A stretch of DNA of 64,000 nucleotides from Neoechinorhynchus agilis (taxonomy: Eukaryota > Animalia > Acanthocephala). Location: NCBI GenBank assembly GCA_051530055.1, contig CM121341.1, forward strand, positions 9,588,784 to 9,652,783. The letters are read 5' to 3'. Within the stretch, counting starts at the first letter, position 1, and each line of letters begins with the position of its first letter. Under the pieces are notes generated by a model, which searched no databases, was not told the origin of the DNA, and saw only the letters and a list, made by a program, of their open reading frames with translations. The translations under genes were made by a program, and so were the position numbers. Below, piece by piece: positions 22,301 to 37,500 of this stretch.

Positions 22301-23411
22301 AATTAATATTTCTTCTTCTAAAACCAATGGTCGGTAGTGTACATTCGTAATCTTTAAACAAGCAGCAAAATACTATTAATAAAACAAAACAGAAATATCA
22401 CATCTCGAATTCGTCATTTAAACGAACAAAACGTGGTTTTAAACTTCAATCTACTTTTGAATACGAAAGAGTTTCTTATTTTATACAGAGGATATAATTA
22501 TCTTTGATTAGTGAACTTATTACAAGTCTTCGCTTTCTATTTTGAAATTAATTATCAATAATGATGTTATGGGTGATTTCGCCTTTTTTTTGAAATTCTT
22601 AGATGGAATTTATCCTTGTATTCAATCATGCAAACAAAGATTTTATCCGTGAAGGATATCGATAATCCGTTTTTGACTGATTAATATTTTTCGTTCTATC
22701 AAAGAAGGATGGAGTAATCTCTTGTTTTATTGATCACGATCCTTTTGATTGGTCTATTTAAAATTCTCATTCGAAATCATTATAACAGTTAAAAATTTAG
22801 AAAGGAATTACAAAACGGTTTCGATGAAGCTTAAAGTCAATATTAAAAGCTACACTTGACCGTTCCATGTTAAAAATGAACTTAAAAGTGCCACTTAAAA
22901 CATTTAAAATAGCTTTTATTTGTTAACAAAGAAAAGTGTCATCGTTTGAGTCCTCATAAAAACTCGGGTTCAGATTTGTTCAAAGAATTCGGTTGTTGAT
23001 TTTGGAGTGGTTTAAAAGGCTTTTTTGGATGGGAATTGATGGTTATCGTGTGCAGGAGAGCTTCGATCTTTCCTCTGGTTCATTCCGGGCCATGATATCC
23101 GAGAAGATATGCGAAGTTTTTGGAAGGATAAAATGAATTAGGATTACTAGAGATGGAGATTACGAGTCATTGGGATTATGCGAGATTAGGTTAGTTCATT
23201 TCGGATTATTATATCCGCAGGGATTGGACTGTGGTAGTAGTAGGGTAAATGGACGTTTTGATTGTTATTTAAGATTTCGGCACCACGACATGTTGAACAG
23301 CCATAATTTTAGTTCAAGAAAATTGGTATACATATTAGATTTATCAACGTTTTAACAATAAAAACTCTCTTTTACGTGATTTATGTGATCAATTGAAATT
23401 ATTGTTTAAAG

Positions 23412-24004
23412 TCTTCATCAGCGGTAAAGAGTTTATTAAAGACGTTCTCGGCGAACCTCTTCGGGTTCATCATCATCAGTTTGATCAATGTTTCGAAATA
23501 AAAGAGAGAGTAAAACCGGGTGAAGACTTCTAAACAATAATTTCAATCATATTGCCCGGTACCTAATTAATCGACATTAAAATTATTGTTTAAAGTCTTC
23601 ATCAGCGGTAAAGAGTTTATTCAAGACGTCCTCGGCGAAGCTTCTTCGGGTTCATCATCAGTTTGCGCAATGTTTCGAGATAAAAGAGAAAGTTTTAAAG
23701 CTCTTGCGAAAAACAGCTTTATAACTCTCTCTTTTATTTCGAAACATTGATCAAACTGATGCTGATGAACCCGAAGAGGTTCGCCGAGGACGTCTTTAAT
23801 AAACTCTTTACCGCTGATGAAGACTTTAAACAATAATTTTAATGTCGATTAATTAGGTACCGGGCAATATGATTGAAATTATTGTTTAGAAGTCTTCACC
23901 CGGTTTTACTTTCTCTTTTATTTCGAAACATTGCGCAAACTGATGATGAACCCGAAGAGGTTCGCCGAGGACGTCTTTAATAAACTCTTTACCGCTGATG
24001 AAGA
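23412..24004. repeat. ~590-bp palindrome; each arm is ~1.6 copies of a 184-bp unit; 12-nt central loop (23703-23714)
   Basis: TCTTCATCAGCGGTAAAGAG recurs at 23412 and 23596, and in reverse complement ending near 23824 and 24004. The centre reads TAAAGCT-CTTGCGAAAAAC-AGCTTTA. Confidence 0.93.
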
Positions 24005-24114
24005 TTTCTGAATACATGTTTTTAATAACCTAAAGAATTTCCGATATAACTCTATTCTCGTTTATTTTCCATCCTAAAACAAACTCATACTGTGAGATCG
24101 AACATATTTTAGAA

Positions 24115-24486
24115 ATGATCCAAACTCGGAGTCTCGTATTGTTGGCTCTTCTATCGGCAGCAGGTCTCTCGCTCCTTGTCTTCTCTTGTGCTCTCGCTAA
24201 CTACAACTGGTGGCCATCGCTCGTTGTGATATTCTACGTCGCTGCTCCAATACCGATATGTATTGCTCATCGGATCCAAGACCAAGAGTTCTCCAATACT
24301 CGAGATTTTATGATATTCTCGTCCTCAGCACTAGTAACATCCTCATTTGCTCTCCCGGTTGTCCTTGCTAGAGCCGAAGTAATCAAAGTCGGATCAATGG
24401 TTCTATCAATCATTGCAAATATTGTCATCTTCTGCACTACTTCTTACTACATGAAGATAAGCTCCGATGAACCGTATTATTACTAA
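24115..24486 (+). CDS. LEPROT: Vps55/LEPROT (OB-RGRP)-family membrane protein, intronless, 123 aa
   Basis: Four hydrophobic segments; LVLLALLSAAGLSLLVFSCAL..YNWWPSLVVIFYVAAPIP; F.SSALVTSSFALPVVLAR. LEPROT cannot be distinguished from LEPROTL1. Confidence 0.85.
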   Translation: MIQTRSLVLLALLSAAGLSLLVFSCALANYNWWPSLVVIFYVAAPIPICIAHRIQDQEFSNTRDFMIFSSSALVTSSFALPVVLARAEVIKVGSMVLSIIANIVIFCTTSYYMKISSDEPYYY

Positions 24487-27400
24487 AGAGTTTTTGAACG
24501 ACGTCGAATGAGATTGGAAGTATTAATGATGTGAAATAAAAAGAAACTGCCATTAAAAGGATGAGATAAAGGTAGAATTTTCCACTAGAGAAAGCAAGAA
24601 AAACCTTTCAATTTAATGCCTTTATAAATTCCGGCTTGACTGCCATTCTTGTGGAAAAGTAAGTAATAACATAAATTCATCGCGATTTAATCAAGAATTA
24701 CGGCGTCAAAAATGCTCGACAGCATTTGTGAAGGCAATGAGCAATCGGTTTAACTAGTTCTGCCATAAGAAATTAATTTCATAGAATCATATAACGAAAG
24801 GAAGTCTTACTGGACCCAATAACTTGGTATTTTGTCTAAAAATCAGAGCGAGAACTATAAGAAACTTAGAGCTAAATGGAAAATTTCCATCGTATATTTT
24901 CTTTATTAAGGCACACCATTTTGATTTACAAACAAGAAGTGAAAAAAAGACGACGGAAAGCGAATTTTTTAAGTTCTGTTGATTTGGTTTGCACATAACA
25001 TTGAACAATATAATTTAGGTATAACTGAGAATTAATCCATTAGCGCAGCAGTCCTCGGTGTATTAAAGATGGTAAGTTTTTGCATGTCCCTGATCAGTTA
25101 AGTGAATCTTATCGAATAATTATTGATTGTTTAAGATGTAATTTGTTCGGATAATCCCCTTGAATATATTTTGTTTGACCATGAGACTACCCTGAAACAT
25201 TGCATATCTCAGTTATCGTTAAGCATTGAAATCATTATTTTTAGATGCTCAAAGTTTAATATGTAGCGAATATTTGTCATATATACTTCGAAGGGGTTTT
25301 TAAAAGATTTTAAATTCACAGAATAGTTGTTCGTATTTTTTGTGGATAATATCGGTCGTAACCTTGATAATCATCGTAAAGAGAATGCCGGCATAATAAT
25401 TATTCAATTTTTACACTTTAAAAGTGATCCAAAATTAATAAAATTATCCAAATGCTTAAAAATTCAAAGTATTTGCAAATATTCGTTGTATTGTCGAACA
25501 AATCACTTCCATACAAAATTAAATAATGTCAGGATATTTAGCCTGATGTGTAAATGTTTGAGAAACCTTATAAACTATTTATCCACATTATCGACTTGTG
25601 TAAGATGAGCGATAAAATAGTAGATAGTTCCTTCAACGTTTAGCATGAATATTTTCTAGGAAATAGACGGAAACATTAAACTCAGCATATAAAAATTATC
25701 TGTTTTTTTCCATTAACAATCTCGTCTCGCTCTCGGTGGACCGAAGCCGATGTGTCTAACTTTTATCAAACAACATTTACGATTGTTTATTTTTATGTAA
25801 AGCAATTCAAATAGGAGGAATTTATGCACTTTCGATATAAATTATGGTATCTGACAGAGCACGATGGTTGCCGAATTTTCGGACAAAATATTAGATATGA
25901 CAATTGTCCATCGACTGCATTGTAATATCTCATTCTTTGCATCTGGTGTAAAAAATTTAAAGGATTTATTGGTTCCAATATTTCGGCACAATTTTGTATG
26001 CGTTTATCAAGGTTGTTTCACAATACTCAAAATGATAAAACTAAGAAAATATAAATTGAGCTAAAAAATGTATTCAAACATTCAAACACTCTTCCGCCTA
26101 CAGTACAAGTACATAAATTTGATAAAATTAAACTAATTTTTTTGAAAGTCTCGAATAGAAATATTTTTAGTTATCCTAAAGATATAAGCTTGTGCGCTGG
26201 GTACAAAATTCTATTCTTCAATAATGTATATAATCTGCTAATGTACAAAAGTAGAATTTAATTTAAAACAAAAAGAACTAAGAGCACAATTTGTTTTCTT
26301 GGGAATTATTCATTATAGTTTCATTTTCAATTAGCGATGTTTGATTCAGAAATTGAGCCAAATGTTGGGCATGACCACCGTGATCACAATGAACGCAGTA
26401 TTTCTGAATCAAAGATTGCTAATTGAAACTGGAACTATAATGAATAATTTCTTTACAATTAATTTTATACTCGTTTAAACACTCCTTTTTAGAAACTTAG
26501 CGTGGCTGACAGATATGCTTGAAGGAGAAGATATACAATAAGAGCAAAATGTTTAAATCTGATTATATCTGGGTTTTTCCCAGTCGTAATCTTTTCTGGT
26601 CGACAGATATCCAGTGTGAAAAGTAAGCAGAATTCTGTATGGATTTTTTTCTCATTGATGCACTGCTATACGTTTACATCGTATCACAAAATTCCCAGGT
26701 GCCCCATAGATATCCATTTATGGGGATAAACGTCTTTGTTGGAGCCGTTAACAAACGGATGACAGGATTGCATAATCCATATCTTTGGATTGTCTCTGTA
26801 AATAGATTATTTCTTGTTATCGGTTCTCAAGCACTGCTACTTTTCACAGTGGTATTTTTTTATATTTGCCCAGAACCCCATTTTATGTGTCAGTGGCAAA
26901 AAAACGGACCGCTGCGACATTGTCCCAATGTTTTGTAGAAACTTTCTCACCCACACCATCAGTCAAAATGAATAGCACTTGATAAAAATCCTTCCCAAGA
27001 GGCTTGTCATTAGCATTCGAGATTCATTGAGATGTTTAGCCCTCTTCCTCCCCACACCCATTTGAATGATCAACTTGATATTTTAGCCTAACATTCACAG
27101 TGTGTGTGTCGAGCGGATGGATTTTTGTGGCAATGTAGTTATATATGCATCCGTTGGGATGAATACAAATAGATTTGCCGTTTGGATGCGAAATGGCAGA
27201 TGAAAATCGGAGCGTATATACAGAGATCTAGAGCACTTTCCGCATACTTTTTTCCGAAGCAAGTGGGTAAGTGATCGGTCCAAATTAAAAGAAAGGTGTA
27301 ATATTTCATCAATAAGAAATGAAGAAAAGTGTCAGACTAATGGACTAAATATGGAGGAAAGCCAATATGTTGCGCCCCATAGGCAGCATTATAAAGAAGC

Positions 27401-28581
27401 AGTCGGAAGTTCCTTAGGAAATATTTTCGCATTATTTGAAGCTAGGAATTCGGCTATGTTTCGCATGAATGGCTTTTCCGTTCCTTGCCTCGCTTACATG
27501 GAGTATCGTGAACTCTCACTTTACTCATGATGTCTCGGTTTGATTTATGTTCCACCGTGATATTCTCTCCACATTATGCCCGAACAAATGTGTATATATA
27601 TGCTGGTTGGTTGGCAAATGAAAGTAGATGGGATTAGATGGGCTCAACTGAGTCTGATCTTAGGCAAACAAAAGTGGGACTTGCGCAACGTCGAGTTCTG
27701 TTTACTCCTGATGTACAGCGTATGTTTATTGTTACTTTAGACCGAGTCTGCCTGATTTATCCGAACCAGCCATTACAACATTATCTGCTTACGGCCACAC
27801 ACACAAGTGCTGCAGATTCGGCACCCATCTCAGACTATTGACGCCTACCATCACCTATTTTAGATTAAGCTCCTTTAGTTCAACATAGAACGGGCTTATC
27901 CGTTTTATAAAAGCTAATTCGTAGCCGTGATCAAATGTTCTAATTTCTCATTTTATAATTGTCAGGTTGGTATCATCCTAACGAGTTGGCTGCTTTGACA
28001 GAGTGTGGCGCGGTTCTACTACTCCACCTCAAATAGCACAGGTTCCTTTGCCGTCATTCCATAACCGCCACATATCCCGATGCACCAGCCTACTTATAAT
28101 ATCACATACCAAGTTCTCTTCTTGTTCTAAGAGCATTTGTCGTCTTTTTTGCTGAGAAGCACAAGCAAACTGTACCTCCAAGCTTTCCCACCACACGATA
28201 TAATCTCTTTTTCCTTGCTGAAAGCAGCACGTTTGTCATTTCTAGAGCTTCCACCTTTTCCCCTTGTCTACGCACACCTTTTTATCCTCCTCTTCCATCG
28301 CCATCAGTCCTATATTTGCTGTCTCCTTGGATAGTGGTACTACTGCTTTGGCTGAGGTGATGGAAGAGGCACAATCGCAGTCGACGCTGGAGAGCAGATT
28401 TTTCGCCTAGAAAAGGAGGGAACAAACATATAGGTGCTTAAACACGCTTATATCTTCTGTCTTCTTTTTACTGTCATTGCCATCAAGGATCTTTGCGCCA
28501 TCCTCAGGATCAATCTGTCCATACGAACACACATTTCAGCTTTCAACACACACACACAAAAAAAACAAGTAGCTCAACGAA

Positions 28582-31500
28582 ATGCGCCGCCCGTTCACTG
28601 AGCTTGTTCGTCTCCTATTATGCGTCTTGGTCTTAAGTGTCCATACACAAACAGTGAGTCCAAGAATTTTTAATCTCCCTGTTTCATCATCATCTCAAAA
28701 CAGTCGTCTCAAATCGAATCAACCGATGAATTGTCCAACTATGATGAACTATACGAGTCGGGTTCGTATTCCTCCACTTCATTTGGGACAAGCATCGGGC
28801 CGTCAAGCACAGAAAGTCCCCATGAAGACATATCCACTTCGGATTCCGCCATCACCACCACCGCCGCCGAAACTGATGAGTTCGTCCAGAGTTCAAACAC
28901 ATTTGAAACAGAACTTACTTACGAACAAACCATAGTAGTGACTGACTCAACTGACTTTGGTCAAGAAGGTAGTCATATAATCGAGATACTAACTATCACG
29001 CAATATTGTGAATCTTGCATTGAACACAACTAACACATTAACACATATCTTAGTTGATTTTAACAAAAATTGCTATCCAACTTTGAAGTACACAAATTTT
29101 GTTTAGATTTCCAATCATCCACTTCAAGTTTGGTTGAAGATGAAACTTCATTGGGATATGATCTTAAAAGTACCGAGTACTCTTCGCAGCCGGAGGACGA
29201 CGATCTCCAGAATGGTCAGCACTCTGATTCTAGTACGGAGTATTTATACAATAGCGACGAAGCAACTTCTGAACCTGTGGAGGAATCGGCCGGTCCTGAG
29301 GTGGAATATACAACGAACTTATTCGCTGAAGATGCCGAGGAAGATTATGCTAATGATGACAGTACGGAAACCACCCAGGAACTAACGAGTGATGAAACTC
29401 AAGGTAAACGTTTTCAACTTAAAAAACAATACTTCCAAATATTTCGTGTTAATGTTTAGCGTACACTGAAATGTGGCCAATGGACGGCGTTACAGGTGAG
29501 CTCAGACTTACTTATGGTGGGGTATTCGAATAGCATAGCTGAAAAATTTGAGACTTCTTTTTTAAGTAACCTCGAACTCGTCCTTGTTGGACGTTTGCAA
29601 CTCTACTTTTGAGTTTCAATGCATAAGTGGAAAGTGCATTCCTATAAGTTTTCTTTGCGACGGAGTAAAGGATTGTGAGGATGGAGACGATGAAGATACT
29701 CCGGATTCATGCCCAAAAGGTCGTCCCTTTGCCAACCGTGCATTTAACTATTTTAACCCACATTGCTGACCAACATTTGTCTCATAACTAATTCCCGATA
29801 TGTGTTGCCTAATGCATGCAAAAATAACCCGGAAGTTAAGGAAATAGTTATTTCACGCTCATGCCCTATGTGTCCTTTTTCGATGTTTAGATTGCTATGA
29901 AGGTCAATTGGCCTGCTACGATGGCACGTGCATTGATGCATCTTTGATATGCGATGGTACAAAAGATTGCCCTGATGGGGAAGACGAGGATCACCTAATT
30001 TGCAGAGAACAAGGTTTGCTATCAAATCTTTGATAGCTTACATAGGCTCACTTGGCATAAAGGGGCATTAGATGCCGACGAAATGGTCCAGCTTTCAAAT
30101 AAGACGTTCAAGTGTGATGACGGAACGTTTATTCCGCTCGAGAATGCGTTTGATGCCGTAGAAGACTGCGCGGACGCTTCAGACGAAGGTATAAGAGCTC
30201 AAAACCATAAATTGAGGGAATGCTTTCAATGCGTCGTTGATGGAATGTGTCATGATCCTAGCATTCTATGTAACGGTGTCCAGGATTGCACAAATGGATC
30301 AGACGAAGATGAAACCCATTGTGGTAACTGAATTCAACCATGACATCTTGAATGGACTTGTCATTTAGGTCCAGAGAAAACAACTGAAATATCAGAAGCA
30401 GAGATTGTAGATGAAACTTTAGATAAGGACGAAGAAATAAGTCCGTTTTTGCTATCTTTTGAAAACTACTGACTTGTCTTTTTTAAATAAGGTTCCGAGA
30501 CAGTTACCCTTAGTGAAACGGACGAGCCATTTGGTGAATCTACCAGCACAAGCACTTCACCACTTACGTCAACTTCAGTGACAACTCCATCTGCCGACTC
30601 TGTGGTCGCTGATGGATACCCAACTGCTTACAAAGATGGTCATCTCGTACTTAAACCAGTTGCACCACCAGAAATAGGAGTACTTCACATGATGAAATGC
30701 CATTTCGACGATAATACGAAATTCAGTTACGAGCTTATACACAGCAAATTTCAGTTCTTTAAAGATGGAGTTCCTCTTGAAGTCCTAGAAGGATATAAAC
30801 AAAAAATCGACCAGGTTCTTAATATGTTTTATGTTCAGGACATTAAACCGAGTGATTTTGGCACATATCGATGCATCATGATTTTGCCATCCGGAGAGAA
30901 ACTGACGGCTGCTTACCATTTAAATATAGAGACTGCCGAGACAACCCGTGCAGTCACAGTTTCAACCGTATCGTCTGAGCCAGCGATTGAAGCAACCACA
31001 ACCGGAGATGGAACTTTGTCTCTCACAGAGCATATTCCTGAAGGATATGATGATGAGTTGGATAACTTACCTGATGAAGTACTTGATGCGATGGACACTC
31101 AGGCAGAACCACTTGTTGATAAGGAGATTACGGTGTTTAAGGACAGCACGGTCGAGATTGAATGTCCTGTTTCATTGGCTCCGGGTGAAACACCCTCCGA
31201 AGCGTATTGGAGAAACGAGAATCACATGGTTGAAGCCAATGTAGATCATAACACCGACGGAAACGGGCATTGTTATGGATCACTTTCTCGAGATGACCAA
31301 CGAGAAGGGTCATGGCGTTGTTACGGATTGATTAACGGTGAAGAAAAGTTCCTATGTGGATTCAATGCACTGTTCCAATATTCATCGGATGCCCCACAAG
31401 TACACATAACAGAAGAGGAAATAATCGACATTTTAGAGGAATACGATAGCATCTCGACAACGACAGTAGCTCCTCTATCTGAATTTGTATTGGAGGTGAA

Positions 31501-34500
31501 TCCATCTTCGATTGAAGTTAATGCGGGCGACACGGTTCGACTTACATGTAGAGGAACAAATATTCCTGAAGGAAGTGGAATATATTTTATAAAGGTGCAG
31601 CCGTATGGTTTAGTACATGGAGATTTGGATTCGACTCGACGTGACGAGCAAGGTTCGGCTGAGTATTCGATAACGATACCCTCGGCGAAATCTGAAGATA
31701 GTGGAGAATATGAGTGTATAGCGCTAACTCCGAATCGACGTGTTGTTAGAACGGATTTCTCCATAAACGTTTTGGACGTTGCAACGACCAGCCAGCCACC
31801 ACCACCACCGCCGCCGCCGCCACCACCGTCGACGACTAAGCCCGTTGAGCCGACAATGCTCCGTATCCCGGATGCAATGTTTAGAAGAGGTGATCAAGCC
31901 GAATTGAGATGCCAAGGAGTACAAAGGGAAGATATGCCATTTATAAGATGGAGTCATGAAGGAAGAGTACGTTTAATGCACTTTTATATTCGGATCCATA
32001 AGGAACACTTCATTTAGCCCATTGACGAACGTGATTACCATACTGAAGGCGATGTACTATTAGTGAGGCAATTGTCAGATAGTCATGTTGGAGAGTACTC
32101 GTGCAGTGTTATCAATGGAATGGGAGTTTATGTTGGTGCGACGGGGCGACTATTACTACAAACAGGTATCAGCTCTAGAAAATGCCTCATTTTCGATCTT
32201 CCATTCCATGTTGGCTGGTTTATCATTCTTCGTTGTGCTAACATATCATAGGAGGATTGAACGATGAAGGAACGTTTTCTGCATAAATTTGCAACGGGAG
32301 TATATAGAAAATGCGCTATATATGAGACGGGATAAATAGTTAGGAAACGAAGAATCGCTTTACCAACATGCTCACCGTATCACTTTTTTCAATCCTCCTT
32401 GTTATCATTTGCGGAGTAGATGGGAGACGGCCGTATCAACGGCAATGTATGTCCAAGAATTTATATTTCTACATCGTATCAAACTATTTTACTAACCTCC
32501 TTCTTCGTTAAGACGAATATACCACTGAACATTACACACCAGTTGTTCGCGAAGACAATTACATTGTTGAGAGTTAGTGCTCAAAGTCGCCACTAAATTC
32601 CATAACTTTTCTAAAAAGAACTTCCCGAAGTATATATATCTCCTCCTGAAATATCCATCAGGACAGGGGATCGGTTGGATGCACGATGTGTATGGGATGG
32701 TCCCGAGGAACGCATCAGTTGGCTTATGCAGCATCCTGTGAGTGATGGTGCCTTTAAAACCATTTTATAAGTTTAAAAATATCGTTAAGTCTGGACAGCA
32801 AAACGTTGTTGCTCAAGGATCACGATTGTATGTCGAGAACGTCGGATCTCCTGGAGAATTTCAGTACGTTTGCCGAGTTCAGCAACACGACGGATCGGTG
32901 TCAGAAGCGGCTCTTCGTGCTTTTGTCTACAGCGCATCTCCATCAACCGTAGAGGAACGTTAGTTGAGGATTTCCGTCCCTTTAATGATCTCATTGCTGA
33001 TCACGTGTAAATTAGGAGCTCCAACTGTATGGATAATTCCTGCTTATCAGGAAGTCCGAGTTGGAGAAAGAGTTCAATTTCAAGCACATTCTGATGTGGA
33101 CGCGAATTTCAGTTGGTACAAAGTGACCGATGTGAGTTTTAATTTGTCGCGTGATTTTTAATTTAATGGATCTTTATTTAGTCCGGAGATAAAATACCTT
33201 TTAGTAGTGGATCCGTTCTTGTTTTGGACGTGCGGTCACCGTCGGATGGAGGAGATTATGTGTGTGTTGTACGAGCCACTGACACGGGATTGACATCTGA
33301 ACAAAGTGCTCAAATTCAAATAGGTAAATGTTTTGGCGGGCGCTGAAGTATAGTATTATAATTGATCGATTAGTCCCATCACATGACGTCTTGGCGCCCG
33401 TTCCAATCATTCCCAGCGTGCCGGAATCTGATGATGTGGAACTTACTCCATGTGATGTTAATGAGGCTACGTGTGGGGACGGCACATGCATTGATCGTGG
33501 GCTGATCTGCGACGGAAAAGCTGATTGTCCTGATGGTTCTGATGAGCGCGGATGTGGCAGTCCGGGAACAACTGAAGGCGATTGCCATCCAGATCAGTTC
33601 CGGTGTAAACGAACTGGTCAATGTATTCAGAAGATTTGGTTGTGTGACGGTGAGAAGGATTGTGATGATGAATCAGATGAAGATCAAGAACACTGTTCAT
33701 CGGTGCCGTCGTACATGTCTCGCAGTTGCAAAATCAGCGAATTTCAATGTGCATCAACGAATGCAACTCAATGTATTCCTCGCAGTTACGTCTGTGATGA
33801 AACTATAGATTGTGTCGATCACTCCGACGAACTCGGTTGTGTCAAACCAAAAATAATAAGTCCTCCACAAAGGGAAAAGGTTATAACAGTTGGAGAAACA
33901 CTTACATTGCAATGTACGGCTCGAGGAACGCCTACGCCATTTATAAACTGGCGTCTCAATTGGGGCCATGTTTGTCGAGATGGAAGCAATCGATGCGTAA
34001 TATCTCACGATGTCGATCGATACGAACCAGACGTTGTGACAGGAACCCTAACGGTCAAGAACGTTGTAAAAGCCGATTCTGGAGCTTACTCGTGTGAAGC
34101 TATAAACACTAAAGGGTTCGATTTCGCTATTCCCGACGCATTCGTCCGAGTAACCGTTGGATCCGGACAACCTCAATGTAATGCAGTTGGAACTTTAAAA
34201 GAGGTGAGTGGAAGTTGTGTTTGTAAATTGAATATCATTGGCGCTTATTGCCAACAATGCAAACCTGGATATTATTATCCGTCAAATGAGAATCCTCATG
34301 GATGTGCGTCTTGCTTCTGCTCGGGAGTGTCAAAAGATTGCGTTTCGGATGATTCTAAACGTGAAATGAAACTCATTGAGATTACGTCTCCTGGGAATTT
34401 ATGGTACTTGGTTCATCGGCATTACCCAAAGAATCCATGGATCGGAATGGGTGAAGTGGACAGAGAAATCGGTACAATCACGTTCAATCAGTTCAATACT

Positions 34501-37500
34501 GCACCTAGCGGTGATTTGTACTGGTCACCACCTGAATCAAAAACGAAACCAGTACATTTTCCACTTGGAAATCTTATTCTTGCTTATGGCGGGAATATCC
34601 GAATTAAGGTTAAAGATGAGGGATACGGTACTCCGTCTTCAGATGCTATGCATGTAATTTTATGGATTCGAGTTAGTATTCCTGTCTGATGTGAATGTAT
34701 TATCATCCTAATAATAATCATTAAAAGGGAAACAATATCGATTTGATCCACCAAGTAACACCAAGCCAAATTAGATCCGTTGATGGATTCATTGAATATG
34801 TTGTTCGATTAACTGAACGGTCATTTACTAGACTTGATCAAAGTCCCTTAGATCGTCCACATATGCTCATGGCATTGGCTAATGTAGATAAGTTCTGGGT
34901 TCGAGCCTCAATTAATAATAATCCAATTTCTGTGACGTAAGTCTTTTAATTCAGATTTTTCTCAACAATCTGCTTTCCGATTGTTTAGTCTCTCTTCAAT
35001 CACCATCGAAGTCGCATCTAGATTCGGACAAGGAAATATTGCTAATGAGGTTGAAAAATGCAAGTGCCCAGTTCAATACACTGGATCTTCCTGTGAACTC
35101 TGTGCTCCTGGATATACTCGAAGACACGGAGTTGGTCTTTACCTCGGCGAGTGTTACTCATGTAGAGAACATTGCCATGGTCGAACTGATGAATGTGATC
35201 CGGAAACTGGAACTTGTTTAAACTGTGGAGGAAACACATTTGGAGAGCGCTGTGTGGACTGTCTGCCTAATTTTATACTCGATAAGCAAACGAATCAATG
35301 TGTCCGTTCAATGGCTCACTCTCAAGGAGCATTACCACCAATACTAATCGATCAGAAACCCGTAAATAGTTTACAAGCAGTAATTACGATCGTCATTCGT
35401 CCTGGACGACAGAAACTGATTAAAATTGAATCAGAGGTATTTAAGGATAATGTGGATTTTGATTTAGATGATTGCTAAAACTTTTCTGTAAACAGGAAGT
35501 GAATATTCCAAGCACAGCATGGCTTAGAGTTGACCAGCTCGAAGGTGGAGCCATCTCGCTTCCTCCAGGAATGCACCAAGTTGGATCAGATTTGATGATT
35601 GATAGTCCAACTCCTGAAATGGCTGGCACTTATCAAGTCACTCTTTACCTTAAAGACGGTCGTGTGGTCACCCCAACTGTCGTTCTTCAATACGACGAAG
35701 GTTTGATAAAATTAAAAATAGATTTTGTTACTCATTTTTGATTAATAGCTTTGCTACCAAGCATTGAGCCATCAGGAGTCGTCCGAAAGGAAATTAACGA
35801 TTACATAACGATCGCGGTAAATACTCACAACATCCCAGTGCGCGGAATCATGTGGCTAAAAGACGGAGTTAACTTGCCTCCAACAGTTACTGTCGAATCC
35901 CATAGGATTATAATTGAAAAGCTGTCAGCAGACTTATGTGGGGTATATGAGGCTCATGTGTACTTCAACCAGCCTCAGCCACTCGTACTGAAAACAACTC
36001 TTGAATGCACATACAATCAGATTTACAGTCCAGTCGGCCCACCGGGGGCATACGGTGGAGCCCCACAGATTACACTTAGCCCGTCCGACTTAAATCTCAT
36101 CGAAGGTCAATCTATGGTCGTCACATATGAAATTATGGTAAGTTTCTGTCATTTGTGCGAAGAAATTAATCTTTTTCAAAAAAAGGGTGAAGAACCATCG
36201 AATTTGATTTGGCAACATTGGAGAGATTCTACATGGATTGACATGCCGTCAAGCTTCGTCGTTCAAAGGGACAAACTTATTTTAAATAATTCTCGGTTGA
36301 CAGACTCTGGAATATACCGAGTCCAAGCCACCAATCGTCACGGAACTGGACAAGCAACTTTGAGACTCAACGTGGAACCACATCCATATGAGTCCCATGT
36401 AAATCTTCCACCGTCAGTCAAATTCCCGAATGCCGTCTATGAAATTCCGGTTCATCAATATGCAAACATAATGCCAGAAATCCAGATAAATGCTCCTTAT
36501 ACCGTCTATTGGGCAAAAGCAGACGGCTCGCCTTTACCACCAGGGATGCAGGTTCATGGAGATGGAATAGTGATCCAGTCAATGAGACCGGAGTATTCTG
36601 GGACTTACACCATAGAGGTGATTACTGATGATGCTCAGACAAAGGTCCCAGTAGATGTTGATGCGATTGAATTGCCATATCAAACTGCCATCCATGGTCT
36701 TTCACTCAATATTGATGGTCCGGCAAAGTCAACAATAAGTGCAGGAGATGATGTCACCCTTAAATGCCGGGCTAAAGGAGAATATAGGGTTAGTGCACTG
36801 TCTTGGATTTCAAAATGAGCGAAATTATTTAGGGAGGAGCCGTGATCACGTGGGTGATGCAACCAAATCCTACACTTCCTCAAAACACTCAGGAATCTAA
36901 CGGAGCGCTTACAATCACAAATTTCGGGAAAGAGAATGAAGGAATATACGTCTGTAATGCAGTATCCGGCGACCATCAAAGTGCAGACGCTACGATTGAA
37001 CTCCGATTGGCTTCTGAGGCTGTACAGCACCGCCCTTCGTATTCTTTAAGCTGGTTACCAAGTAGTATTATTGATGCTAATGAGGATGATAGCCTAGAGG
37101 CTCAATGCGTCGGTGTACCGGATTCACGGGCGATTGAAGTATCAGTAGTAACTCGGCGTGGAGCAGAGCAATCACCAGAATGGTTAGAAGTATCTGATGG
37201 ACGTGTTCGGATATCTTCAGTATCTTCTAATATGAATGAAATGCGCCTGATTTGTAGAGCACCAAATGTCGACCCAAGTTTAGTTTCTGAACTAACTATC
37301 AATGTTAACTCAGGTACATTATTTCTCGAGCATGAATGCTTGCTTAGTGCATGCTAGCGCAAATATCCTAGCTCAATAATCCTACTACAATCATTGCCTT
37401 TTGAGCACACTTCGTAACTGAATTGTTGTTAAGACTACAGCCAAGCGATGAACGATGAGCCTGTTCAACCTGCCGGTCGTTTGGAGGTGGCGCTACCTTC

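Noticed and set aside
23755-23850. Hammerhead cores in the palindrome (CTGATGAACC..GGTT; CTGATGAAGAC..GTCGA)
   Set aside because: No GAAA follows the putative stem II, and I found no stems I or III.
26500-28450. Hidden gene or RTE RT remnant
   Set aside because: No continuous or splice-consistent frame and no clear conserved motif.
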